NCBI GenBank assembly: GCA_009103225.1
Contig: RHPI01003369.1
Coordinates: forward strand, 689,500-753,499
Direction: 5' to 3'
Source: Chlorokybus atmophyticus
Taxonomy: Eukaryota; Plantae; Mesostigma and Chlorokybus algae
DNA: 64,000 nucleotides
The notes below the pieces were generated by a model. It saw nothing but the letters and a program-made list of their open reading frames with translations, was not told the DNA's origin and made no database searches. How positions within the stretch are numbered: position 1 is the first letter of the stretch; the number at the start of each line of letters is the position of its first letter. Shown here one piece after another: positions 1-13,324 of this stretch. A program made the translations under genes and the position numbers.

Positions 1-1712
1 CTGAGCCGGACCTTTGAGACGCGAGTGAGTTGACCACCAGGGGGAGCAACTCTGCTGGTTTAACAGTTTTGACACAACGAGGTGTAGCAGATACATGTGT
101 TGTCGCAAGAGCTGTGGTATGTGCTCTTCACAAGGTTGGTGTCCCATTTTGCGAGTGTAACCATCAGCGAGACCTAAGTGTTATGGTGACATGCTTGCAG
201 CACTGCATCCAGGTATCACATGTGGGGTGTATAATAAATAGAGTGCAAGGATTGTGGCATGCATGAGAGTGTGACACACACATGCATGAGCAGTCGACTC
301 ACCACACCATGAAGCACTCTCATTGACCACCGGGCTGCCAACCTAGCTGCTACCTACCTTCTCTACTGCCCATACCCATTAGACATGCATGCATGCATGC
401 GTGCGTCATCACCTGCACATGCGCCTTGGTCAGCGGCCTTTGTGTTTCCATCTGCAACCTTTTGCCTACAAGGATCATCGCTATTTGTATGTGTACTAGC
501 GCAGTACTGTACACAAGCCTATCACACTAAGGTTATGACTGGCGCAGTGTGCGCATGGCAACCACCGCTGTGATTGCATTACAACAAAATCAGTGTTGTT
601 CTCCAGCAGTAGTGTGGGTACCCTGATCACTCTCAAGGTGGGACACGCGCCGTTTTTCTGTGGTGAAGCTTGGCTTGCAGACACCATCTCTGGCACATCG
701 TCTTGACTGTCTTCAAATTGGGACGCTGCGGACTGTGGCGAGTCTTCCACAGCTTGTAGCTGCTTGCCGCGATCACGGGCGATTATCTCCGCGCAACCAC
801 ACTCGAGCAACGCCGCAACTGATTTCGCATCCGGTCCGTATGGCCCAACTGGAAGCATCAATCGCTTGCACAAGCTGGCGAGCTGAAAGTCGTCCCATTG
901 CTCACCCCACGGCTGTGAAGGTCAGAGAGTCAAACTACATGTGCATGACAGCGCCCCGTGCATGCGTGCATGCGTGCGTGCATGCGTCCTCGCGCTTGTC
1001 TTTTTTAAGTCACGCATTTATATGCACTTGATGCACATCAAAGCCCACACCAAGGCCCCATTCACACCTAGTGTGACTTGCCTTCCTGGAGAAGTTAAAC
1101 GTGCATACAAACTGCCAATCGCCAGGTATTGTGATGCTATTGCGTTAAGTGTCCGCTCTTAGCATCCTATGGAAATCCCTGTAGTGCGAGTACAACATCA
1201 CAGTTGCACCCCCTGGCACTGCAGACTCCACGTAGTCCACCACCTCCTGCCAAACCTGCGCCATGAGGCAATGTTACTGTTGCTGTGAGTCCGATCCGGA
1301 TAGAATGCTGAGGGTTTGGTTGACTTGTCTCCTCTGAGCAACCGCACTTCCAATATACAGACTGAATGCCGCACGGATGAAATTCTAAAATTCTCACATC
1401 GCTAGTGGCCTGGCTCAACTTTGCACACAGAACGCGACGCGTAAAGAACATGTGTAATATGTTTAACTTATGCGTATGTACACTATGGTGTGTTTTTAGT
1501 CGATGGCAGCAGCAGCTGCTGCCATGCCATCGATCAAACAAAACTGGTAAATTGTACAAAGGACAGCCATGCTAAGCAAACAACGAAGGACGCCGGAAGA
1601 GTCCAACACGGTTGCATTGTTGCTTAAGGCATGCCTGCATGAACACATGCGCAGGCATGCACCGGCACAACAACATGCAAGTACCGGCTAACAACAGTGA
1701 AAGCCAGAAGGG

Positions 1713-2352
1713 NNNNNNNNNNNNNNNNNNNNNNNNNNNNNNNNNNNNNNNNNNNNNNNNNNNNNNNNNNNNNNNNNNNNNNNNNNNNNNNNNNNNNNNN
1801 NNNNNNNNNNNNNNNNNNNNNNNNNNNNNNNNNNNNNNNNNNNNNNNNNNNNNNNNNNNNNNNNNNNNNNNNNNNNNNNNNNNNNNNNNNNNNNNNNNNN
1901 NNNNNNNNNNNNNNNNNNNNNNNNNNNNNNNNNNNNNNNNNNNNNNNNNNNNNNNNNNNNNNNNNNNNNNNNNNNNNNNNNNNNNNNNNNNNNNNNNNNN
2001 NNNNNNNNNNNNNNNNNNNNNNNNNNNNNNNNNNNNNNNNNNNNNNNNNNNNNNNNNNNNNNNNNNNNNNNNNNNNNNNNNNNNNNNNNNNNNNNNNNNN
2101 NNNNNNNNNNNNNNNNNNNNNNNNNNNNNNNNNNNNNNNNNNNNNNNNNNNNNNNNNNNNNNNNNNNNNNNNNNNNNNNNNNNNNNNNNNNNNNNNNNNN
2201 NNNNNNNNNNNNNNNNNNNNNNNNNNNNNNNNNNNNNNNNNNNNNNNNNNNNNNNNNNNNNNNNNNNNNNNNNNNNNNNNNNNNNNNNNNNNNNNNNNNN
2301 NNNNNNNNNNNNNNNNNNNNNNNNNNNNNNNNNNNNNNNNNNNNNNNNNNNN
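1713..2352. other. Assembly gap (N run)
   Basis: Continuous Ns with G runs at both edges. Confidence 0.99.
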
Positions 2353-3262
2353 NGGGGGGAGGGGGGGGACACAGACGCTCACTAATCCCCAGACACCTCA
2401 GCAAAGGTTGGGGGGGGGCGCTTCGTCCAGCTCCCAGTCCTCAATACCATGAAACTCTGAATTGTCCATCACCTTCCTCATTCCGCCCTCCACCGGCCTG
2501 ATCAACCACTCCCTGCCGCCGCTAGCACTGTTGCTGCCTGCCTTGCTATGTTTGACACTTGCCACACGCTCCATCCATCATTATGGGCTCAAGCACCAGC
2601 CCTTTATCACGCGGTCTGCCTCAAAGTCCGACCCAGTCGTCTCCGTCTTGAGGGCCAAATGACCCTCCACCGCCTCCGCCTCCGCCATGGCTGGAGCCAC
2701 CCTCATACATGTAACAACATCAATAAGCTGTCCAGACGACCGTTCTTATGTCCATAGCACATAATGCATCGCTACAACCGGGGTGGATGGTACCTTTGGT
2801 TGGCGCCAAAGGCAGGCGGCTTGAAACGGAAACAATGGAATGCTTTGCTATGGTTGGCATTGACGTTGGCTAGGCGGGAGACAGAGAGAGAGGCAGCAGG
2901 CGGGCGGCGGCGTGGTGGTCGTGCTTGCTGTCGTAGGCATCGTCGTGGCTGCCTGCCTTTTTCTCTTGGCCGAGGTGAACGGGAGCTTGTCCGTCCGCTT
3001 ATATGTGTCGGCCGCCTCCGGCGCAGCCACGTCGCAGGCCGCGCAGAGCGGGCGAGGAGCGGGAGCAGGAGCAGGAGGTTGAGAGGCAGGCTGTTGAGCT
3101 GGTGCCTGAGTGTATAGGAGTAGGGGAGGCTAGAGTTTGGGTGGGAGCGGGTTTGGAGCTAGAGTCGACGTCGAGGAGGAGGGTGTGGTGGTGGTCGTGC
3201 GTTAGGAGGGGCAGGAGGAGGTGGTGGAGGTGTTCAGCAGCCGCAGCTGCAGCTGTGCGCAC

Positions 3263-5102
3263 ATGACAACAGTGAACCTGGTGTTAGGCTTCCGCGGGGT
3301 GGAGAGATTGGCGAGGGTGGTGCTGGCTCCTGGCCCCAACGGCGAGCAGCCGGTGGTCGAGCCCGCCGCCGTGCTGCTGGCCTTTAGGGAGGCCTTCGCC
3401 GACGTGCCCGATCTCCCCGGCGACGGCGACCTCCTCCTACGCCACGGCTTTGACATGAGCCACGATATCAAGACGCACCAGGGCCAGCACCACATCTACG
3501 TGGAGGAAGTTCAGGTAAGGATGGCCCCCACCCCATGCCGCCCTTGACGTACTGTCAATGCACACACAAGCACGCTAGCTGCATTCCACGTGCTTCATCA
3601 GATTTTCCATGAAGCCCCCAATTCGTTCATGTTGTCATATGTACAGCTCCTGCGAGCTGGTTAGATCGAGTGAGTACTCACTTACGCTGTCAGTTGAGTT
3701 GTTTCTTTGCTTAGTATATGCAACTGCTAGTATAGAATTTCGGGAGCAGGACATGAGTTATATAGCGCAGCACTTGTTCTTGCAATGCTGGTCATGGGGC
3801 CTCTCTGCAGACATGGTTGGTGGCACTGCATCACGCTGCATTGAGTGGGTGCAGCATGTGACAATTGCAGAACACGCTGTCTGTAGTTGAGGGCGAACAA
3901 GGAAGTAAGGGTCACACAAATTGATGATCAGCATGCCTGGTAGCTGAGCCTGGCAGTGTCCAGAGCAGCCCCTCATGCACGCGTGCTCAGTTGCACATTG
4001 CGCTTGTCTTGCAATCGATTTCAGCTGCTGTCAGCAATCACCATACTCCCTGATTGTCTAGTAAGCACAGTACAGTTAACTCAAGTTGATTCTTTTTGTA
4101 ATGTGCGTGGTAATGAAAAGGGAGGTGTGGCGTTTGCATGCGTATTCCAGCTCAGCACAGTGTGCGTGACACGAACTGATTGGATGGCTATTGTCACAGT
4201 GTTGAGTTTCTCGGGCTATCGCGCACAGCGGGTTGCCACTTCGTGCTTAACACGCGTGCTTGGTTTATTGCACAAGCACTTGCACTAGATAAGCGTTGCA
4301 GGTCCGAGCACAGAACAACAAAACGTTTTGGCAGCTGCTTCACGCTTATCGGCCTTGTGGTTCTGTTGCCCAGCCTGGGCACAGTCCTTCCCCAGGAGAC
4401 GACACAGTCGAGGAGTCAAAGAAACGACCGCGCGATAACCGCAGTACGCGTCTTGGGTTGGTGTCAAGGACTGTTTACGTGTATTTTGTGGTGGTGCTTA
4501 ACTTGTTGTTGTGTTGTCGCAGTAACTTCACATCAATTAAACCGCTTTTTGAGAGAAAAGGGCATTGAGCCTCCCAAATACACGCCTCAAGTGGAAAAAA
4601 ACCTGGTGCATTTGAATAAGCTCGCAGAGGCTGTGATTAGCGCCGGAGGCATTGTCAAGGTACGAGTAAGTTGTATTGTTAGCACACTTGATTGCAGTGA
4701 AGGCGTAGCACATGTCTGGCAATCATCGCTTTAGCACTGTAGCACCTGGGTGAGCCACACCATCTCTGCGTGTGTATGGTTGATGGCATGCATGTGTTGG
4801 CCGGTGACTGTCCCTTCTTTGCATCAACCATTGTCATTCTTGTGAAACCATGCCATATGCATTTTTGCATTGCACAGGTTGAGGAGGAGAGGTTATGGGA
4901 AACAACAGTGCTGAGGGAGCTTGGTTTCAAAGACATTCAAGATGGGGAGGAGTTGCAGAAGTGCGTAAAGAAACTCAAGAAGTTGTACGAGAAGTACTTG
5001 GGGGGGTCGGGATTTGTCGAAGCTGTCATCCGGCAACGAGTAGATGATCCCGATGGCACACTCGCCGTTGCTGGTATGCTTGCTGAGAATGTGATGGCCT
5101 AG
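3263..5102 (+). CDS. Spliced gene of unknown function; C-terminal part weakly SAM-like
   Basis: Exon MTTVNLVLGFRGVERLARVVL...HIYVEEVQ ends at CAG|GTAAGG (about 3514). Exon ...RFLREKGIEPPKY...SAGGIVK ends at AAG|GTACGA (about 4659). An intron ending GCACAG leads in frame to VEEERLWETTVLRELGFKDIQDGEELQKCVKKLKK...ENVMA* (stop 5102). Middle exons are uncertain. Confidence 0.55.
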
Positions 5103-5354
5103 TTGCGTGTGAGGTAGTCAGTAAGCAAGCCAATGCATAATCACGCCTACTCTGTCAAGCAGCAACGAGGGCTACTGCAATGGTTGCCGGGCAACGACCA
5201 CACGTGGACCAACCAGGTCCCGTGCGTGTCCCAACAACAGGTATTTGACTACTTGACGTATTTGCCATTTGGGCTGTGTTTGCGCGCACACACATGTGCA
5301 TATTTTTCAACACGAGGCACACTCCTTGCAGCTGTCCCGTCCAGCAACGGTGCG

Positions 5355-5729
5355 ATGTCGTACGAGTCTCTCATACAGGAGCGCGACGCGGAAAGGCGAG
5401 GGCGCGAGCAGGCGCAGAACGAGTTGGCCCAACTCAAGAACGCCATCATGTCCTTTCGAGCAGCCACCGCATACTTGGACCCATCCACGCAAAATAAGCT
5501 GCTCAAAGGCCGGCAGCAGATGCAGGCGGACGCTGCCGAGAAGGCTAAGCTCGCGATGGCTTATGATGCGATCGATATGACTCTGTCTGAAGAAGAAAGG
5601 CCTTATTTGTACTCGTGGCTCGCAAGCAGACCGGACACGGCGGCTATGCTTGTGGCAGCCAATGCGGTTATATCCACTAGAGGGTATGTGCAACGCATGA
5701 AAAGTTTAGCGCACAGGCAACGGGATTAG
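5355..5729 (+). CDS. Small intronless orphan ORF with N-terminal coiled coil (124 aa)
   Basis: MSYESLIQERDAERRGREQAQNELAQLKNAIMSF... has protein-like composition and GC-rich codons. No family recognised. Confidence 0.45.
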   Translation: MSYESLIQERDAERRGREQAQNELAQLKNAIMSFRAATAYLDPSTQNKLLKGRQQMQADAAEKAKLAMAYDAIDMTLSEEERPYLYSWLASRPDTAAMLVAANAVISTRGYVQRMKSLAHRQRD

Positions 5730-6252
5730 CAACCATACCATAGTCTGCTTAACTACATGTCGCTGTATAGTACAGTATGTACATACAACCATACGAGTCA
5801 TCATGTGATAAGTCTTGCATGCACACCTGCATGGCATTGCGCGAGGGCTTTACCAAAGCCGCAGTGCAGCACAATATTTCCTGGTATTTCCTGGTCACAC
5901 GCATGTACATAACTGTACACAAGGTGTATACAGAAAATGTGCAATACGTATGCTATTCGAGCAAAGGCACGTGGGGGAATATGCATGATCAGTGGCTTGA
6001 TAATGTTTCAGGCTCATGACGTAAATTTGGCTTGACTTAGATGTACACTGGCACTTGTCATTGGGCAATCAATGCAATGACGCGCGGAGCTACAGCTTCC
6101 ATGCAGCTTCCGTACCCGCTGCTGCGATCCACAACATCAATGCAGACACATGTAAAACTTGATGTACACAAGGCACATATGTTCTTGTTGCGCCTCGATA
6201 GTCAACAACGCGCACTCGGCTCTACGCACAGGTCGCGATACTGGTTTCTTCA

Positions 6253-9200
6253 TCACCCCTTGTTCTTCTGTCGCAGCACGCCGTGCGCAAGGGTAAGGTA
6301 CTGGTTGAACTGCTGTCGCGCGAGGTCGTCGTCCGCAAACGGGTACGGCCGCGCCCCCAGCTGGTGCGCCGCCGCCAGACCCGACACCACAGCCATCTCG
6401 TGCGTGTTGAACAACGTGTAGCTGCGCACACACACAACAAGTGCAATCATGACAACACGAAGATGAGTGCACTGTGTGCGTGTTGATCTGGTGAGTATGA
6501 TCTAGCAGACATGCACATTACGTTGTCATACACGTATGTATGTACAGATGCGTGTGACCATGCACATGAGCACAATCAAGAGTGCATCCGTGCGCTTGTG
6601 TGCGTCTGCCTAATAGTCGCTGACGCACAATCCTTGCTTGATACTATATTATACACATGCATACTCACACATGCGCACTCAAACACGCACACGCACACAA
6701 GCATGCACACACCTTCCGCAGTACAGCGTGTTCTTCCTTCCCTGCAGGAACTGTATCCACGGTACGGTGAATGCGAAGTGCGTCCAGGTGTGTGCAAACT
6801 GCCGCCACCACTTCACCAACAACACCTTGCTCTGATCGATCTCATTGATCGTCCACTCGTCGCTGTGCTTCGCATTCAAAAATATCGTCTGATACACGGT
6901 CACCTTCTTCTTACTTTGATCACTTTTCTGCCCTGACTTGAACTGAGGCTGGTAGTTGCTGAGGTTGAAACTCATCTCAATCCTCCCGGGGTCTGATGTG
7001 TATGAGAGAAGGTGTGAGAGTGATACCCAACATGAGTAAAGATGTTGCCAGCAGTTAGTGTCACTCATGCGGCGTGGACACATAACATGTGGTTATGTGT
7101 ACACAAACCAAAACTAAACAGACATGTGTATTGCCAAGACTGGCATCACATGGCGTGTACGCGCACACTCACCGTGTGGGTATGTGTACACAAAGTACTG
7201 ATCCTTATCATCTCGCTCGTTCACTTCATAGTACTTCCTCATGTACGCTCCATCCGTATGCGTGACGGTCACATCATCGTAATACCGCACGTTCCCGAGG
7301 ACTTTGCGCTCCAGCCACGTGGGTTCGTCGAGGATTTTCAGAGCAGTCTCCGCGTCGCACGCAAAGACGACTTTGTCATACTCGCTTACACGACCGCGCA
7401 CGTCGGTGATGGTGACTGAGTTAGAGTGGCGAACGACGCTCACGACGGCGCAGTCGGAGTGGATAGTCGCGCCGCACTTCTCGGCAATCGTGTCATATAC
7501 CGTCTGTGAGGCAGGTGACACACGTGTGTGTACACGTGCGCGCGCGCGACCATGTGCGTGCGACCATGTGCGTGCGTGCATGCGTGCGTGCGTCGGTATA
7601 CACATGTACATGCGTGCAGTTGTGTGAAAGTTTATACGCAAACCCACCAAGCTACTTTGCAGAGACGACTAAGCCCTTACGACGCGCCCACACCACTACC
7701 ACGCAGCACTACGTACACTTGTCCACCTCTGCGTGTACAGTGTGTGTACACTCACACGCACACACACCCTCACCTCCAGTTTGGGGAACGCGAACATGTC
7801 CGGCTCGCCCTTGAGCAGCCTCTCGTCGTCGTAGTCGAAGAGGCGCAGCTGGGGGTCCAGGAACACGCGGCTGATGATCGCGGAGGAGACGCGGGGGGTC
7901 TGGTTGCCGGTGCCGAAGAAGAGGGCGGTCAGGGGGTAGACCTGGGCAAAGGAGAGATGGAAAGCAGATGGCTGGTGAAGGAAACACTGCACTTGTACAC
8001 ATACGCACGAATGCACATGCACACAATCGCACGTGCGCACCTACGCGCACGCGCACGCATACGCGTACATGCCCACACACATGCGCACATGCGCACACTC
8101 ACATACACGCACTCGTACGCAAACGTACCTTCGCACCCACACAGTCACGCACCCACCCATGTATGCACACGCACACAGGCATGCGAGCACACGCGCATGC
8201 GATCGCGAACGCGCACGCGCGCCATACCAGATCAGTACACAGGAACCACTGGATTGACCAACAGTCAGCTACTCCCACTCCCACTCCATCCCCTTACCAT
8301 TCTCTCGCAGAACTCGTCCGAGAACCGCGCCACCTTGAGCACGAGTTGTATCGGCAGGAAGGCGAAGACGGGTTCGAGTCGGGCGATGAGGCGCAGCAGG
8401 CGGCCGAAGCGCGCCACCTCGCCGCGGGATGCCAGCGACTGCACGAGCGAGGACGGGGCGCGGTGGTTGGACCAGAAGGTGTCGCCTGCCACACGTGTGG
8501 GTGAGTGGTGGGGGCACGTGTGGGCGCGTGCGCAGGCGCCCGCGCGTGCGTCCGTGTGCGCCTTTGCGCGCAGGTAGGCGTCCGTGCGCGTGCTTGTGCG
8601 TGACTGTGACTATTGCAGGCATGCGCAAGAGCGCACACGTACACACATCCTGGTACACACGCGGGCATTCGTACGCTCACAGCGGCTACCACCCACTTGC
8701 ATATGTGCAGAGACACGCTCACACACGCGCACCTTTCCCAAATGACACCGTGAACTTGACTGGCGCCATCTCGAACCCAAACTCCTTGAACCACCGTATC
8801 GTATTCCGATAACTCGGCGCTCCACCCTACACAACATACACGCATCACCACCATCCCCCCCCCCNNNNNNNNNNNNNNNNNNNNNNNNNNNNNNNNNNNN
8901 NNNNNNNNNNNNNNNNNNNNNNNNNNNNNNNNNNNNNNNNNNNNNNNNNNNNNNNNNNNNNNNNNNNNNNNNNNNNNNNNNNNNNNNNNNNNNNNNNNNN
9001 NNNNNNNNNNNNNNNNNNNNNNNNNNNNNNNNNNNNNNNNNNNNNNNNNNNNNNNNNNNNNNNNNNNNNNNNNNNNNNNNNNNNNNNNNNNNNNNNNNNN
9101 NNNNNNNNNNNNNNNNNNNNNNNNNNNNNNNNNNNNNNNNNNNNNNNNNNNNNNNNNNNNNNNNNNNNNNNNNNNNNNNNNNNNNNNNNNNNNNNNNNNN

Positions 9201-9851
9201 NNNNNNNNNNNNNNNNNNNNNNNNNNNNNNNNNNNNNNNNNNNNNNNNNNNNNNNNNNNNNNNNNNNNNNNNNNNNNNNNNNNNNNNNNNNNNNNNNNNN
9301 NNNNNNNNNNNNNNNNNNNNNNNNNNNNNNNNNNNNNNNNNNNNNNNNNNNNNNNNNNNNNNNNNNNNNNNNNNNNNNCCCCCCCAACCCAACACGATAA
9401 CACACCATCATTCCAACAACTCCACCTGCACGCCGTCGTTGATGAAGAGCGGCTCGGCGTTGGGGTTGTCTCCACCAGAAATAGATGGCGGAAGGGTGAA
9501 GGAGGAGGCCTGGCCGCCAGGCTTGGCGTTCTTCTCGTAGAGGTCGACCTTAAACCTGTGTAAGCAGTTGAATTGAGATGGGGGGTGGGTGGGGTGTCGC
9601 GTGAGCATGTGCATGTGCGTGTGCGAGCGGGCGTGGTGTGCGCGTATGCGCGTGCATGTTAGTGCGTGTGGGTGCGTGTGAGAGTGGGTGGGGTGCTTGC
9701 ATGTCCGTGTACATGTGGTCAACATGGTTGATGGTGTGCTGTGTATGATACCGTGTCACGCATACTTGTTGGGGAGTCGTGAGAGGCTCCATGCGCACGC
9801 GAGGCCCGCCGCGCCACCGCCAACGATGCACACCCGCAGCGGCTCCCCCAT
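6253..9851 (-). CDS. FAD-dependent oxidoreductase, flavin amine-oxidase / NAD(P)-binding_8 superfamily
   Basis: Exon 1 MGEPLRVCIVGGGAAGLACAWSLSRLPN carries GxGxxG and splices to KFKVDLYEKNAKPGGQA...NDGVQ. Later exons: GGAPSYRNTIRWFKEFG, GDTFWSNH, PLTALFFGTGNQTP, YDKVVFACDAETAL, YQTIFL...WWRQFAHTWTH, and SYTLFNTHEMAVVSGLAAAHQLGA (C-terminal FAD-binding motif). One intron contains an N gap. Confidence 0.88.
8865..9378. other. Assembly gap (N run) within an intron
   Basis: Continuous Ns flanked by poly-C. Confidence 0.99.
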
Positions 9852-10526
9852 ATTGTCACTTCAAGTCTATACGCTGACGCACAGCAAGCTTTCATAAGTG
9901 AGGCACAAACATACATTGCAGATACCAGCGCACAATAAGATGGTATAGAAACAACAACTCTTCTTTTAAGAGATGCAGTCAGGCACACATGCACTTGCGC
10001 GTGTACTTTAAGGAAAGACAGGGGCAACAACAGCACTTGCCGATTTTGGAGTAGTAAGTCGTTCTACATGAAACGTTTCGTCTTCCACGATTCGCATGTT
10101 ACAACATCACCACACACCAGCACACTGCACATGCAAGTCAAGCAGTAATGGGCCAACCCTCCGGATGTCGACTCTGCTGCTAGTGTGACCACTCGTCAGA
10201 CGTCAATACGGCAGCCTCCAAAGCCCAACCATGAGGGCACGTACTCCGCCATTACCGCCGCCACCGCCGTCGCCGCCGCTGCAGTTCCACCTGCCACCCA
10301 TTCTACTCCCGGTTACATTTTGCTCGACTTGCCTTCGCCTTTGCTATACTGATATCCGACCATCACACCTGCTAGACTGTTTGATACCGAGAGGCAAAAA
10401 GCGATATCTGTACAACTTAGCCAAATACCCCACTGAGTCACCTAACCGGAGTTGCGTCCACATTGGTGGCACTCCACCTCACCACGTGTCCGCTCCTCAA
10501 GCCCTCCGTCGCCGCCTCCGCCGTCG

Positions 10527-12867
10527 ATGGCGCTGCGTGCGCTGCCGGCGTCGCTGGCCGGGGCGCTGCGCCCGGCATTGGCGGCGAGGAGGTTCGCTAC
10601 GAATGCTGCCGCCCAGGCGAAGGCGGAGGGGGGAGTGGCGCTGGTGCAGGGAGCCAGCAGAGGCATTGGACTGGAATTTGTGAGCACATCACTTGCATCA
10701 GACTTGCTTATGGACTACAATGTGTGTGCATTTGCATGAGCGTGCAAGCTGGGATCGAGGTCAATACTGAATTAGCGCAATCCGCTATACCATGTGCGTC
10801 CAGTCAGGCATTGAATGTGTGGCAAAAGCACTCTGAACCAGCCCAATACATTGCTGGGATGCACATTGTAATCGCAATCTGGTCTCAGTGCTATGCGCAA
10901 GTACTATTCCTTTCAAGTTAAAGAGAGGGCAAAGCTCTTATTTATGATGCATTACAGCGCTTTCGACACGGTTTTACAGACTCACAGTACTGCACAGCAG
11001 CAATGGGCAATGAATTGAGGGACTTGGTTGATGAGGGATACGCTCAATTTCGCTGACCCACAGAATTAATCTCTACCGCAGTGCAACGCACACACTCTCA
11101 CACACATGCATGCACATGCACATGTACGCACACACGCGCAGGCACAAGAGAGTGCGTGCGTGCGCACGCACGCACGCACTGTCTCTCAGCACTTACAAAC
11201 TGTTCCGCTTATATGCTTACACAGACATGCACATGCGTACGCATCCACGCGCGCGCGCGTGCACACACGTGTACGCGCGGGCGTGGGTGCGCACACACGC
11301 ACACAGATCGCCACATGCACATGCGCACAACCCATACACCACCATATAAAGCGCCCCCCCCCNAGGTCCGCCAGCTCCTCTCCCGTGACTCCTCCACCAC
11401 CGTCATCGCCTCCTGCCGCTCCCCCTCCTCGAGCGACGCGCTATCGTCGTTGCTCAACCAGTACGCGGGTCGTTTGCATGTAGTCCAGGTGGACGTGACG
11501 GACGAGGGGAGCGTCGCGGCGGCCGCGGCGGAAGTGGGGAGGGAGCACCCGGGGGGACTGGATTGCGTGGTCAACACGGTCGGGGTGCTGAGTGGGGGAG
11601 GGATGGAACCGGGTGAGTGGGGGGGGTGCGAGTGTGGGTGCGCGAACGGTATGTCTCAAGATGCATGCACGCGTACTGATGCGCGCACAGTATGCATGCA
11701 CACGAGCGCGCGCGCAAAACGGACACACGCGCAACCGGACACCCACGCGTACACACGCACGTGCACGCATACAAACGTGTAACCCTGTCATTAGAGACGT
11801 CGTTGAGTAAGGTGACGGTGGAGAACCTCCTTCGTTGTTACGCCGTGAACGCGGTGGGTCACGTGATCGTGGCCAAGCACTTCCTGCCGCTGCTTTACAA
11901 GGGAGAAGGTTGGCACACTTGTGTTGCTGTCTGACCTTCTATCTACAACATGCTCACACGCACGCACGCACGCAACAACAGGGAGGGCTTCGGGGCGCGA
12001 GACGGCGGTGCTGGCGTCGCTGAGCGCGCGAGTGGGGAGCATAGGAGACAACAAGCTGGGGGGGTGGCACTCGTACCGGGCTTCAAAGACAGCGCTCAAT
12101 CAATGTGAGCGAGAAATGGTGTGCGTGCGCACGTGTGTGTGAATGAATGAGTATGGGCGTGGGCGTGGGCGTGGGCGTGGGTGTGCTCGTGCGCGCTTGT
12201 GTGCGTGTGTGATTCTTGTCACTTCTGCTTAGTGCACGTGGTATAATCAACAATAAACTGTGGTGTGGTCTGGTGTGATTGCAGTGAATAGGAACATTGC
12301 GATTGAGGTGGCGAGGAGGAAGAAGAAGGTCGCGTGCATCGTGCTGCATCCCGGCACAGGTAAACATACACACATACACGCATTGGCGGCCATGTGACTG
12401 TGGCTCTGTTTGTGAATGTATTATGAACCTGACTGTGAGTCCCCTTTCTTCTCTGTATTTTGCCAGTTGACACAGACCTCTCAAAGCCTTTCCAGGTACC
12501 AACGCGATGCAAGCGCACTCATTGTCACTCATGTTGTGTGTTGTGACACACTGACTTGTGAACGTGAACGAGCAGAGGAACGTGCCTGAAGGAAAGCTGT
12601 TTACACCGGAGCATTCCGTGAAGCAGGCAAGAGACATATCTGTCCTGTCACAGTGATGTACATGTCTATGCGCGCGCGCGCACACGCATATGCGCACGCG
12701 CGCGTGCAAGCGAGCATGCAAGCATAAGCATACACACGCACAGTTGGCACTTGCTGCAACCTGTGTGCATTTGTCTGTTGCTGCAGCTGTTGAAGGTCAT
12801 TGACGGAGCCACAATGGAGAGCAACGGTAGGTTCTTTGCTTATGATGGCTCGGAGATCCCGTGGTGA
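10527..12867 (+). CDS. Short-chain dehydrogenase/reductase, C-factor (CsgA)-like, with probable mitochondrial presequence
   Basis: MALRALPASLAGALRPALAARRFATNAA presequence; VALVQGASRGIGLEF (TGxxxGxG variant); NAVG; SARVGSIGDNKLGGWHSYRASK (YxxxK); LHPGTVDTDLSKPFQ; C-terminal GRFFAYDGSEIPW*. The exons join in frame. Confidence 0.93.
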
Positions 12868-13324
12868 CGACAGATGACATAACATGCAGTGACGGTGTAG
12901 TGGCTGCCAACAACACTATTCTTTGCTACTTCGCGTAGCCTCTGATTGATTGATTATTGGTTTTCAGCGTTCTGCTGTCATTACTAGTCAGCCAGCAGCT
13001 CGAATTGTTCATGACTTGCTGGCCTGTTTGGGCATGTACAACTGCACACACACATGCGCACAGACACGCGCGCATACACATGAGTGTTCACCAGTGTTTC
13101 AACAATTGCTTTGTGAGAGGCAGCGGTTGTGCAAAGAGCACAACACAAGCAGCCTAACGGCATCGCCACATGCAAACATGACATGCAAAACCCCATGGCC
13201 CAACGATGTGGTTGCAGATGCCAACACGACGACCGAGTGACATCGCGCGCATGAATTGTGCCATGCGCGTATAACCTTGCCCAAACAACCACCAGTACGC
13301 AACTCAGGCACCACCACGATGGTA

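Noticed and set aside
496-1560. Possible minus-strand exons (GPDAKSVAALLECGCAEII; VWQEVVDYVESAVPGG)
   Set aside because: Protein-like, but I could not assemble consistent splice phases or recognise a family, and the 5' part may lie in the gap.
1572-2452. Long ORFs in the track spanning N runs (also 8294-9475, 29833-30370, 56211-57833)
   Set aside because: Artefacts of translating Ns as X; no sequence support.
7528-8577. Long His/Thr/Arg/Ala/Cys-rich ORFs (HTHT, RARA, CVCV), many across the window
   Set aside because: These are translations of intronic CA/TG/CG microsatellite tracts, which lack stop codons.
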